NCBI GenBank assembly: GCA_017694565.1
Contig: JADIMR010000033.1
Span: 3,501-67,500 of the forward strand
Direction: 5' to 3'
DNA length: 64,000 bases
DNA from: Candidatus Enterocola intestinipullorum
GTDB lineage: Bacteria > Bacteroidota > Bacteroidia > Bacteroidales > Paludibacteraceae
Under the pieces are notes generated by a model. It saw only the letters and a list, made by a program, of their open reading frames with translations. It was not told where the DNA came from and did no database searches. A program made the position numbers and the translations under genes. Shown here piece by piece: positions 17,698 through 25,587 of this stretch; position 1 is the stretch's first letter; the number at the start of each line of letters is the position of its first letter.

Positions 17698-18279
17698 TCA
17701 ACCAAGGAGTTGCATGGCTTCCGCCCTTGCTTGCGGATCCGCCTCGAAACAACCCTTGAAGATTGTGGAAATGGTTTTTGCACCGGGTTTACGTATTCCA
17801 CGTGCCGTCATGCACGCATGTTCCCCTTCTACCTTTACTCCGACATTGGGGCTACCCGTAGCCAAGGAAAGCACTTCGGCCATGTCTGAACATATACGTT
17901 CCTGCAATTGCAAGCGATGGGATATCATTTCGGCCATACGTGCAATCTTGCTCAAACCTATTACCTTGTCGACTGGCTTGTAAATCACGGACAATTTCAT
18001 ATTGTACATTAGAGCCAGATGGTGTTCGCAATGGCTGAATATGGTAATATCCTTGACCACCACGTAATTGCCGCAACGCGGAGCGCATAAATCATCTTCC
18101 GAAAAACATTTGGCGTATTTTTCGGCAACTTCGGCATTGCTATACGCTATGCCCCGGAAAATCTCGCAATACATGCGTGCCACCCTTTCGGGTGTTTCTT
18201 TCAATCCTTCGCGTTCAGGGTCTTCGCCGATTGCCTCCAAAAGACCCTTGATGTGAAACGCAATTTTTTCCCTATCCAT
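17698..18279 (-). CDS. folE: GTP cyclohydrolase I
   Basis: 193 aa with the FSHCEHHL zinc-site motif and a typical FolE length. Confidence 0.95.
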   Translation of the reverse strand: MDREKIAFHIKGLLEAIGEDPEREGLKETPERVARMYCEIFRGIAYSNAEVAEKYAKCFSEDDLCAPRCGNYVVVKDITIFSHCEHHLALMYNMKLSVIYKPVDKVIGLSKIARMAEMISHRLQLQERICSDMAEVLSLATGSPNVGVKVEGEHACMTARGIRKPGAKTISTIFKGCFEADPQARAEAMQLLG

Positions 18280-18287
18280 ATTTTATT

Positions 18288-18381
18288 CAGGTTTCAGGTT
18301 TGGCTTCGCCCAAATTCGGCTGCACTCGGCATAGTCCGAGCGAGCTCGTATTCTGCCCTCGTTTGCACGAATTTTCAGGTT
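18288..18381 (-). repeat. Module B copy B1, exact reverse complement of 21094-21187
   Basis: All 94 positions checked in 10-nt blocks are complementary to B2. Confidence 0.97.
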
Positions 18382-18390
18382 TCAGGTTAC

Positions 18391-18418
18391 AGTAACTATC
18401 CACTAATCACTATCCACT
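18391..18418 (+). repeat. 7-nt periodic tract
   Basis: AGTAACT ATCCACT AATCACT ATCCACT. Confidence 0.85.
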
Positions 18419-18441
18419 GCACAAGTACGTAGGTGTGAAAT
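18418..18441 (+). repeat. Extra direct copy of the queE-terminator palindrome arm
   Basis: TGCACAAGTACGTAGGTGTGAAAT is identical to 18617-18640. 175 bp lie between the two copies. Confidence 0.95.
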
Positions 18442-18492
18442 AACCACTTTGCACTTTTCTCTCAGTTTGCACCGCCGGAGCGCCAGCGTAGG

Positions 18493-18558
18493 CAAAAGCT
18501 GAGCAAACGAGAGCATGAACAAATTCATTTGTTCATAGCCAAGTGCAGCCAGCTTTGG
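18493..18558 (+). repeat. Module B diverged copy B5
   Basis: CAAAAGCTG AGCAAACGAGAGC ATGAACAAA-TTCA-TTTGTTCAT AGCCAAGTGCAGC CAGCTTTGG. It shares GCAAACGAG and AGTGCAGCC with B1/B2. The central hairpin (18515-18536) has a different sequence. Confidence 0.75.
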
Positions 18559-18600
18559 ACACAGTCACCGGCACACAGTGCCGGCGGCGCAGCCGTATTA

Positions 18601-18667
18601 TAATAAAAAATAATAATGCACAAGTACGTAGGTGTGAAATTCATTTCACACCTACGTACTTGTGCAT
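18601..18667 (-). terminator. Intrinsic terminator of queE; one stem arm is the last 8 codons of queE
   Basis: 52-bp perfect palindrome 18616-18667 (25-bp arms, 2-nt centre). The queE stop TGA (18643-18641) sits at the centre. On the minus strand it is followed by TATTATTTTTTATTA. Confidence 0.7.
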
Positions 18668-19276
18668 TTGCAATTGCAATTTGACCCCTTGTAATTTTTT
18701 TTCTTTCATGAAATCGACGACATCCGCAGGTTCAAGGCTTCCGAAAACGCAGCTGAAATATACCTGCGTGCGTTCATCAAGATGATATTTTTCAATGACT
18801 TGCACCGCCCTCTGTAAATCGGAAAGCGAAGCGGCAACGAACTTGACGGCATCCGATTTTCCGGCTTGTGTGAAATTCGCCGCGCACATTTTGTCTTCCA
18901 TTCTGCTTGCAGGCAATTTGTAATCGAGTATGAAATGGATATTGTCCCCTATCCTGAACGGTGCGATATTGACCGAGCCGTTGGTTTCAATATGTATGTC
19001 ATAATCCGGCAGCCGGCTCAACAAACCTATCATTCCGTCTTGCAACAATGGCTCGCCTCCCGTAAGCGTAACATGGTTTATTCCTGTCGATTTTATATAC
19101 GCCGCTATTTCAGCAGCAGACATCTGCTCTGAAAAATCTTCCATTCCCTGTGCGTACACGGTATCGCACCATGCACAACGCAAATTGCATCCGGCAAAAC
19201 GCACGAACACCGACAAGGCACCGGCCGTAGGACCTTCGCCGTCAATCGACACGAATTTTTCGTTAACCTTGAACAT
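18641..19276 (-). CDS. queE: 7-carboxy-7-deazaguanine synthase (radical SAM)
   Basis: SIDGEGP and a radical-SAM cluster motif in FAGCNLRCAWCDT. The ATG at 19276 (MFKVNEKF) is preferred over the upstream ATG at 19330. Confidence 0.85.
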   Translation of the reverse strand: MFKVNEKFVSIDGEGPTAGALSVFVRFAGCNLRCAWCDTVYAQGMEDFSEQMSAAEIAAYIKSTGINHVTLTGGEPLLQDGMIGLLSRLPDYDIHIETNGSVNIAPFRIGDNIHFILDYKLPASRMEDKMCAANFTQAGKSDAVKFVAASLSDLQRAVQVIEKYHLDERTQVYFSCVFGSLEPADVVDFMKEKKLQGVKLQLQMHKYVGVK

Positions 19277-19331
19277 GGACCATGTTACTTTATGCTTGAT
19301 TAGCGCATTCGCGGTGGATTGACATATCACT

Positions 19332-19410
19332 AACCACTGTCCACTAATTCACTAATCAGCGTTTTAAATTTTAAATTTTAAATTTTCAATTTTTAATTAT
19401 GTATTTGTAG
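19332..19410 (+). repeat. Heptamer tract plus module C copy C2
   Basis: AACCACT GTCCACT AATTCACT AATCAGC, then TTTAAAT x3, TTTCAAT, TTTTAAT, then TATGTATTTGTAG. Aligns with 2144-2192. Confidence 0.85.
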
Positions 19411-19431
19411 GTTTCACTGAAACATGTAACC

Positions 19432-19851
19432 TTATTCATAATATGTGCAGCTGTTACCGGGTGTTTCGTACAACTCTACCCGGCTTACTGCCAAACCTTC
19501 CGATTTCAGTTTGCGGTAAATATAACGCGACATTTCTTCGCAAGTGGGACGGAAAGGAAGCAGCAAGACGTCGAAACCTTCTTTTACAAGACTATCGGCG
19601 ATTTTGCGTCCTCGTTCGCAATCCTCGACCAGCAACTTGTGGTCGAATTGCTCCTCTATCGATTTGAGCAACTTCTTAATGAAGGAAAAGTCGTCCACCA
19701 TACCCCGCAAGTGCCCCTCACGATGCAAGTCTTCGGCTGCCACCGATACCAACAACCGGTAACGATGTCCGTGTATATTGGCGCATTTGCCGTTGTAATC
19801 CTGCAAATAATGCGCCATGTCGAATTGGATTTCGTTACGTATTACAAACAT
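19432..19851 (-). CDS. queD: 6-carboxy-5,6,7,8-tetrahydropterin synthase
   Basis: 139 aa. PTPS fold motifs CANIHGHRY and a second His/Glu region. Adjacent to queE and folE. Confidence 0.9.
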   Translation of the reverse strand: MFVIRNEIQFDMAHYLQDYNGKCANIHGHRYRLLVSVAAEDLHREGHLRGMVDDFSFIKKLLKSIEEQFDHKLLVEDCERGRKIADSLVKEGFDVLLLPFRPTCEEMSRYIYRKLKSEGLAVSRVELYETPGNSCTYYE

Positions 19852-19884
19852 AGTACTGTATGATTAAACTAATCACTATCCACT

Positions 19885-19947
19885 AAAAAACACCGCGAGC
19901 GGCAGAATAACATTCCCCGGCTATGGGAAACGTTATTCTACCGCTCG
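19885..19947 (-). terminator. Rho-independent terminator downstream of folD
   Basis: Imperfect hairpin CGAGCGGCAGAATAACATTCCCC...GGGAAACGTTATTCTACCGCTCG (19896-19947). The three mismatches seen by eye are C/T or A/G positions. The plus-strand A6 (19885-19890) gives a T6 run after the stem on the minus strand. Confidence 0.65.
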
Positions 19948-20028
19948 AAAAAGCAGTCAAAACATTTCTTAAGCCGAGTTTTGTTTAACGACAGGATGGA
20001 TCTAAACGAACTGTCGGAGACAATAAAA

Positions 20029-20895
20029 TCATCTCTGTTTTGCCGCCTGCAACGTATTGCGCATCAGCGAACAAATGGTCATTGGTCCCACGCCTCCGGG
20101 AACCGGGGTAATGAAACTGCATTTGGGAGCCACGTTCTCGAAATCGACATCGCCTTTCAAGCGGAAACCGCTTTTGGTTTCCGAAGACGGCACACGTGTA
20201 GTGCCTACGTCTATGACCACCGCGCCTTCCTTGACCATGTCCGCCGTTATGAATCCGGGCTTGCCCATGGCGGCGATTATAATATCCGCACGGCTGCAAA
20301 TATCCTTTATGTCTTGCGTGCGGCTGTGGCATACGGTTACAGTGGCATCAGTTCCTTTTTGCATCATCAACGTGGCAACGGGTTTGCCTACTATGTTGCT
20401 GCGCCCTACTACAACGCAATTCTTGCCGGCTGTCGGAATTTCATAACGGCGAAGCAATTCCATTATGCCCGAAGGCGTCGCAGAAACGAAACACGGCAAG
20501 CCGATTGACATCCTGCCGACATTGACGGGATGAAAGCCATCCACGTCTTTTCTGTAATCTATGGCTTCTATGATTTTTTGTTCGTCGATATGTTTCGGCA
20601 AAGGAAGCTGCACGATGAACCCGTCTATGTTGTCATCGGCGTTCAACTCGGCAATCTTGTCCAACAACTCCTTTTCGCTTACCGTGTCCTCGAAGCGTAT
20701 CAACGTGGATTCAAAGCCGCATTCGGCACACGATTTTATTTTGTTGGCGACGTATGTTTCGCTGCCGCCGTCGTGTCCTACCAAAACTGCCGCCAAATTG
20801 GGACGTTTATGGCCGTCCGCCACCATTTTTTCGACTTCTGCCGCAATCTCCTTTTTGATTTGGGCAGCAGTCGCTTTTCCGTCTATTAAAGTCAT
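20029..20895 (-). CDS. folD: Bifunctional methylenetetrahydrofolate dehydrogenase / methenyltetrahydrofolate cyclohydrolase
   Basis: 288 aa with [13 protein letters not shown] and [11 protein letters not shown] motifs. Confidence 0.95.
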   Translation of the reverse strand: MTLIDGKATAAQIKKEIAAEVEKMVADGHKRPNLAAVLVGHDGGSETYVANKIKSCAECGFESTLIRFEDTVSEKELLDKIAELNADDNIDGFIVQLPLPKHIDEQKIIEAIDYRKDVDGFHPVNVGRMSIGLPCFVSATPSGIMELLRRYEIPTAGKNCVVVGRSNIVGKPVATLMMQKGTDATVTVCHSRTQDIKDICSRADIIIAAMGKPGFITADMVKEGAVVIDVGTTRVPSSETKSGFRLKGDVDFENVAPKCSFITPVPGGVGPMTICSLMRNTLQAAKQR

Positions 20896-20933
20896 ATCTT
20901 ACTGTTATATACTGCTTCGCATGGACATTTCCA

Positions 20934-21060
20934 TTGTCTTATCCCCCGAAGAAAATTGCTACGCAATTTTCTTCTGCCCCCAGAGGGGGCGGTCTTCCTT
21001 GAACGTATTGCTTTCACTAAAAGACCTACTTTCAACATGGTACAAACACTACGAGGTGCT
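20934..21060 (+). repeat. Module A copy A2
   Basis: Near-identical to 1657-1783. Hairpins are GAAGAAAATTGC-TAC-GCAATTTTCTTC (20948-20974) and CCCCC-AGA-GGGGG (20977-20989). Confidence 0.95.
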
Positions 21061-21063
21061 ACT

Positions 21064-21098
21064 AACCACTATCCACTAATCACTGACACCTGTAACCT
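21064..21098 (+). repeat. 7-nt periodic tract
   Basis: AACCACT ATCCACT AATCACT GACACCT GTAACCT. Confidence 0.9.
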
Positions 21099-21187
21099 GA
21101 AAATTCGTGCAAACGAGGGCAGAATACGAGCTCGCTCGGACTATGCCGAGTGCAGCCGAATTTGGGCGAAGCCAAACCTGAAACCTG
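21094..21187 (+). repeat. Module B copy B2 (94 bp)
   Basis: AACCTGAAAATTCGTGCAAACGAGGGCAGAATACGAGCTCGCTCGGACTATGCCGAGTGCAGCCGAATTTGGGCGAAGCCAAACCTGAAACCTG. Internal hairpins are GGCA[GAATA]CGAGC-TC-GCTCG[GACTA]TGCC and TTTGGGC-GAA-GCCAAA. Confidence 0.97.
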
Positions 21188-21194
21188 CTAACTA

Positions 21195-22508
21195 CTACCG
21201 CCTCCTCATGTTGGGCAATTTCTTCGATTGCACCATCTTCATCATCTTGCGCATGTCGTCGAATTGTTTCAACAAGCGGTTCACTTCCTGTATGTCCCTG
21301 CCGCTGCCTTTGGCTATGCGTTGCTTGCGGCTTGCATTAAGCACCTGCGGATTCTTGCGCTCGTAAGGCGTCATGGAATAAATAATGGCTTCCACATGTT
21401 TGAAAGCGTCGTCTTTTATATCGACATCCTTCAATGCCTTTCCTATGCCGGGCATCATCGAAATCAAATCTTTGAGATTGCCCATTTTCTTGACCTGTTG
21501 TATCTGGCCCAAGAAATCTTCGAAATCGAACTGGTTTTTGGCAATTTTTTTCGACAACTTGCGGGCTTCCTGCTCGTCGTATTGCTCTTGTGCCCTTTCG
21601 ACCAACGACACTATGTCGCCCATACCGAGAATGCGGTCGGCCATACGGGTGGGATGGAAATAATCCATGGCATCCATCTTTTCGCCCACTCCTATGAACT
21701 TGATGGGCTTTTCGACCACCGACCTTATTGACAGGGCTGCACCGCCCCGCGTGTCGCCGTCCAATTTGGTGAGCACGACACCTGTGAAATCCAAACGGTC
21801 GTTGAATTCCTTGGCAGTATTGACAGCATCCTGACCGGTCATCGAATCCACCACGAAAAGGATTTCATGCGGCTGCACGGCTTCCTTTATGGCGGTTATC
21901 TCCTGCATCATCTGTTCGTCTATGGCCAAACGTCCGGCAGTATCGATTATTACCACGTCGTTGCCGCTTTGCTTGGCGTATGCGACAGCGTTCTTGGCAA
22001 TCTTGACCGCGTCTTTTACCCCTTCCTCGCTATATACGGGAATACCTATGCCCTCACCGACCACTTTCAACTGTTCGATGGCGGCAGGTCGGTAAATGTC
22101 GCAAGCGACCATCAGGGGATGCTTGCCCTTTTTGCTTTTGAGCATGTTGGCCAACTTGCCCGTGAAAGTGGTTTTACCGGAACCCTGCAAACCGGACATC
22201 AATATTACGGTGGGGTTCGCTTTCAGGTTTATATCGGCAGTGGTGCCGCCCATAAGCCTTGCGAGCTCGTCGTGTACCACCTTGACCATCAACTCGTTGG
22301 GCTTAATAGCTGTTAAAACGTCCATTCCGAGGGCTTTCTCTTTGACCTGCTCGGTAAATGTTTTGGCCGTTTTATAATTCACGTCCGCGTCCAACAAGGC
22401 GCGACGCACGTCTTTCAACGTTTCCGCGACGTTTATTTCGGTAATCTTTCCCTCGCCTTTCAAAATCTTGAAAGAGCGTTCCAATCTTTCACTAAGGTTC
22501 TCGAACAT
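21195..22508 (-). CDS. ffh: Signal recognition particle protein
   Basis: GTPase motifs GLQGSGKTT, DTAGR and TKLDGD. Met-rich M domain at the C-terminus. Confidence 0.97.
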   Translation of the reverse strand: MFENLSERLERSFKILKGEGKITEINVAETLKDVRRALLDADVNYKTAKTFTEQVKEKALGMDVLTAIKPNELMVKVVHDELARLMGGTTADINLKANPTVILMSGLQGSGKTTFTGKLANMLKSKKGKHPLMVACDIYRPAAIEQLKVVGEGIGIPVYSEEGVKDAVKIAKNAVAYAKQSGNDVVIIDTAGRLAIDEQMMQEITAIKEAVQPHEILFVVDSMTGQDAVNTAKEFNDRLDFTGVVLTKLDGDTRGGAALSIRSVVEKPIKFIGVGEKMDAMDYFHPTRMADRILGMGDIVSLVERAQEQYDEQEARKLSKKIAKNQFDFEDFLGQIQQVKKMGNLKDLISMMPGIGKALKDVDIKDDAFKHVEAIIYSMTPYERKNPQVLNASRKQRIAKGSGRDIQEVNRLLKQFDDMRKMMKMVQSKKLPNMRRR

Positions 22509-22569
22509 ACTGGGTTGATTCAGGATTATATCTGCTTGGCTATTGCCGTATGCAATAGGAAATGCAAAT

Positions 22570-22881
22570 TTAATTCATTTTTCCGAATGCATAAAATGAA
22601 AAACGGCGGCAGGAAACCGACTCTATGCCGCCCATGCCGTAGAACGCCCGTTGGCCGATGTTGGTAACGCCTTCCTCCACGACCACGCTCGTTATTTCCT
22701 TGCTTCCCCATACATTATACATGTACGTCCTCATTTCTCCGGTCCCGCTGATTGTCAGCACGCCGTCGTCGGACAATTCCCAACGGAGGGTTTCGCCATC
22801 CTTGCCGCAATAACCGTTCTCGGCCGCTGACGATACGATTGCTGTGGAAATGCAAAACAATAATAGTAAAAACTTCTTCAT
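22570..22881 (-). pseudogene. Probable truncated BspA-type leucine-rich-repeat surface protein fragment
   Basis: From the ATG at 22881: signal peptide MKKFLLLLFCISTAIVSSA, then CGKDGETLRWELSDDGVLTISGTGEM and VTNIGQRAFYG. It stops after about 100 aa, whereas such proteins are normally several hundred aa. Confidence 0.35.
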
Positions 22882-23106
22882 GATATTTGATTGATTGGTA
22901 AATAGCTCACAAAAGGACATGGCGGGACAACCTGTCTTCCACACATTAGAACCGGACATGGACAATCCCGTTATCTGCAAACTTAATGTAAAAAGATAAA
23001 AAAAGCAATCAGTAATGAAAATGTTCTTAAAAGTTGGGGAGAAGAAAAATGGAAACCGTTTGATTTTCTCAGGTGAAACTTGTATCTGCATATCAAACGC
23101 ATGAAA

Positions 23107-23147
23107 AGCCGGACATATTCCGCATAGGGAACGGAATATGTCCGGCT
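23107..23147 (-). terminator. Hairpin terminator downstream of the cas effector operon
   Basis: AGCCGGACATATTCCG-CATAGGGAA-CGGAATATGTCCGGCT (16-bp perfect stem). The minus strand continues TTTCATGCGTTTG. Confidence 0.5.
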
Positions 23148-23171
23148 CGTATTCTTTTGCGATTTTCCAGA

Positions 23172-24281
23172 TTAAAAATCCTTATAAAGTCCTTTATCGT
23201 AAAACTCGGAGATTCTCCCGGCAAGCAACTGCACAGCATCAGTCAATGCGGAAGAGGATTCTCCTTCGGTCATGATATAACCGGCGCAAGGCAGTGTTAT
23301 AAACAGTTTTGCACCTGTATTTTCATCAATTATAGGTTTGGCTTGCGGATTCTCGCCATCGTCTATCAATTTGGCCCGTATTGCCGATGCTATCGTATTG
23401 GCATTGTCGCTGATGGCAACAGCCAATGTCTCCATAAGACTGAAAGTCCGGGACTGGTTCGATGTGATTCTCCAATTAATCAAGGCATCGGCCAACGCAG
23501 GAATCACTTTGTCTCGTTCAGTTTTCGGCAAAACCAAACATTTGCCAAAGATGTTCTCGCTTTCTTCCCATCCTTCTGATTTCAATTTTCCTATCATGGA
23601 TTTGCTGATTTCGGCTTCATGCTGGTTGGTTGACACGCAGAACAATGTTCGCAAATCGATTGCTATGTCATAGACGAAAAAGCCGCTTGTCCTTTTATTA
23701 TCCGGAATCCATGTTCTGCGAGGCAATGTCCGATTATTCGTATTTAGAAAATCTTCAATTTCTTCTTCCGATAACAATTTGTCCGATCCCGCCATACGCA
23801 CATTTACAGGATGGTTATCGGGACGGTCGCTACGGTCAAAAGTCAGGTTCTCTTTTTCGACACCAGCCAACAATGGATGAAGGGGGCGCATTGCCGACAC
23901 TGATAACGGACTTCTACGTTTCAGTACGCTATTGTCCTTCGCTTCCTCCGATTCGTTTTTAATATTTTTCCCGGATGTGTTTTTGGCACGCATCCATCCA
24001 CCCAAAAGTTGGTCGATATGGGTAGGATCACATGGAGACCACGGTTCCTTATTCTCAATCTCGCCTTTGCTGGTAATATTATAATTGAACGTAATAGGTG
24101 CGACCGGAACATTCAGATTATCCGTCAATGTTTGCAACACCGAACGTTTTACCTGTTGTCCGCTGGAATATGCCATATATCTATTGAACTGGGCATCAAA
24201 ATATGTTTTCTGCCCGTCTTCGACACAAAACACTGTATGTTCGGCGTGTTTCAACGCCCTTAAATAAATGTAGGGATTCAT
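23172..24281 (-). CDS. cas7: Cas7-like Cascade backbone subunit (assignment by position, size and weak motifs)
   Basis: 369 aa and last gene of the effector operon. YSSGQQVKRSVLQTL resembles the Cas7 S-x-x-x-K-R helix motif. LKRRSPLSVSAMRPL and GFFVYDIAIDL are RAMP-like strands. Confidence 0.6.
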   Translation of the reverse strand: MNPYIYLRALKHAEHTVFCVEDGQKTYFDAQFNRYMAYSSGQQVKRSVLQTLTDNLNVPVAPITFNYNITSKGEIENKEPWSPCDPTHIDQLLGGWMRAKNTSGKNIKNESEEAKDNSVLKRRSPLSVSAMRPLHPLLAGVEKENLTFDRSDRPDNHPVNVRMAGSDKLLSEEEIEDFLNTNNRTLPRRTWIPDNKRTSGFFVYDIAIDLRTLFCVSTNQHEAEISKSMIGKLKSEGWEESENIFGKCLVLPKTERDKVIPALADALINWRITSNQSRTFSLMETLAVAISDNANTIASAIRAKLIDDGENPQAKPIIDENTGAKLFITLPCAGYIMTEGESSSALTDAVQLLAGRISEFYDKGLYKDF

Positions 24282-24283
24282 GA

Positions 24284-25585
24284 TTATTTCTTTTTGGGAT
24301 TATTCAATGTTGCATAATGGAATTTGATTAACGTGAGAAAATAAGGCACATTTTCAGATGGCATAGAGCAGATTTCTTTAACTGTTTCTTTCATTTTATC
24401 CACATTTTCGGCATCCTCGATAATTGGTATCATGCTTTTCATAAAACCGATTTTAGTACAAGATTCCAGAACGGCTTTTACCTTATTGGAATTGACAGTC
24501 TTGCCCCTGTCCGGGACAGAGGCATATTTATAAAGTTCCGACGCGAATTCATGGGCCTTGTCCCATAAATCCTGATTATTCAACATTGCCATAAGCCAAA
24601 TTACATTTACATTGAAGTTTATTATCTGTTCGTTCTTATCTGATATTTTAGGTATTTTGCCCTTATATATATATTCTCTCAATCCCTTGGGTTGCATCGC
24701 GTCTAATCCTATCGCCCCGTTTTGGCAAGCTTCCCGAAACCCCATCCCGGTTCCCCATAAAGGTTCTGCAGATTTAGCAGAATCCATACCAAACATTTTT
24801 TTGTACAATTCGATAGGGCGTGAAATTTGAGATAGGTCAAAAGGGATAAAACCTAACGTCGTATTCATTTGACCAAATCCGCAGACATATCCCATAACTC
24901 TGGCATTTTTATAGTTTCTTGATATACCTATCAATATTTTCGTCCACGAAACCGGCTTGATTTCGACTTCTTGGTTCTTTACCGTAAACGGGGTAAACCC
25001 GGCCATCATGTCGGAAGCATCAAAATCTTTATCATCATAGCGGTGGCCCAACCATTGACCGTTCCATGTCATTATTTTATTAGGCGGGTACTTATCATAA
25101 CTATCCAAGGCTTCGCGGTACAATTTCCAACCTTCAAACACATCCAACAAGATGTCCGCATTGTAAAAATATATCGCCACGCCGCCTTGCACCCCTACCC
25201 CCAAAGCAGCCCCGAACCACGAGCAATAAACATCCTCTTCCGACACCGGTATATGTATGTTTGTAACCTGCCCGGATGTCGTGGCGAATTCTTTTTCTTC
25301 GGATGCCGGGTAACCTATTGCCACACTCGCGTCTTTAGCTCCGTTTTCGATTTTAGTTATTAGATTGTATAGTTTTTCCTTTCTTTCTTCCTCTGTAAGA
25401 TTGTCGACTTTCTGCTTTTTCTTCATCTGTACAAATGGTGAATTTTGTACCCAATACAGATATTTGTTGCTATTAAAAAACAACGGATAAAAGATGTCGA
25501 TAAAAAATTGCTTTGCGTCATAAGACTTATTGTTTCGCTTATTATACGCTTGCAAAAACATTCTTCCAATCACTGATGTTATCAT
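24284..25585 (-). CDS. Candidate Cascade large subunit (Cas8-like); no motif recognised
   Basis: 433 aa, 2 nt after cas3 and 2 nt before cas7. It is the only Cascade-sized ORF left for the large-subunit role. The helical C-terminal ~100 aa start at Met332/Met334. Confidence 0.45.
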   Translation of the reverse strand: MITSVIGRMFLQAYNKRNNKSYDAKQFFIDIFYPLFFNSNKYLYWVQNSPFVQMKKKQKVDNLTEEERKEKLYNLITKIENGAKDASVAIGYPASEEKEFATTSGQVTNIHIPVSEEDVYCSWFGAALGVGVQGGVAIYFYNADILLDVFEGWKLYREALDSYDKYPPNKIMTWNGQWLGHRYDDKDFDASDMMAGFTPFTVKNQEVEIKPVSWTKILIGISRNYKNARVMGYVCGFGQMNTTLGFIPFDLSQISRPIELYKKMFGMDSAKSAEPLWGTGMGFREACQNGAIGLDAMQPKGLREYIYKGKIPKISDKNEQIINFNVNVIWLMAMLNNQDLWDKAHEFASELYKYASVPDRGKTVNSNKVKAVLESCTKIGFMKSMIPIIEDAENVDKMKETVKEICSMPSENVPYFLTLIKFHYATLNNPKKK

Positions 25586-25587
25586 GG

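Noticed and set aside
17632-21194. Possible preQ1 or THF riboswitches in the gaps of the folE-queE-queD-folD cluster
   Set aside because: I could not recognise either consensus. The spacers are explained by the repeat modules and terminators. An Rfam/Infernal scan would be needed to exclude this fully.
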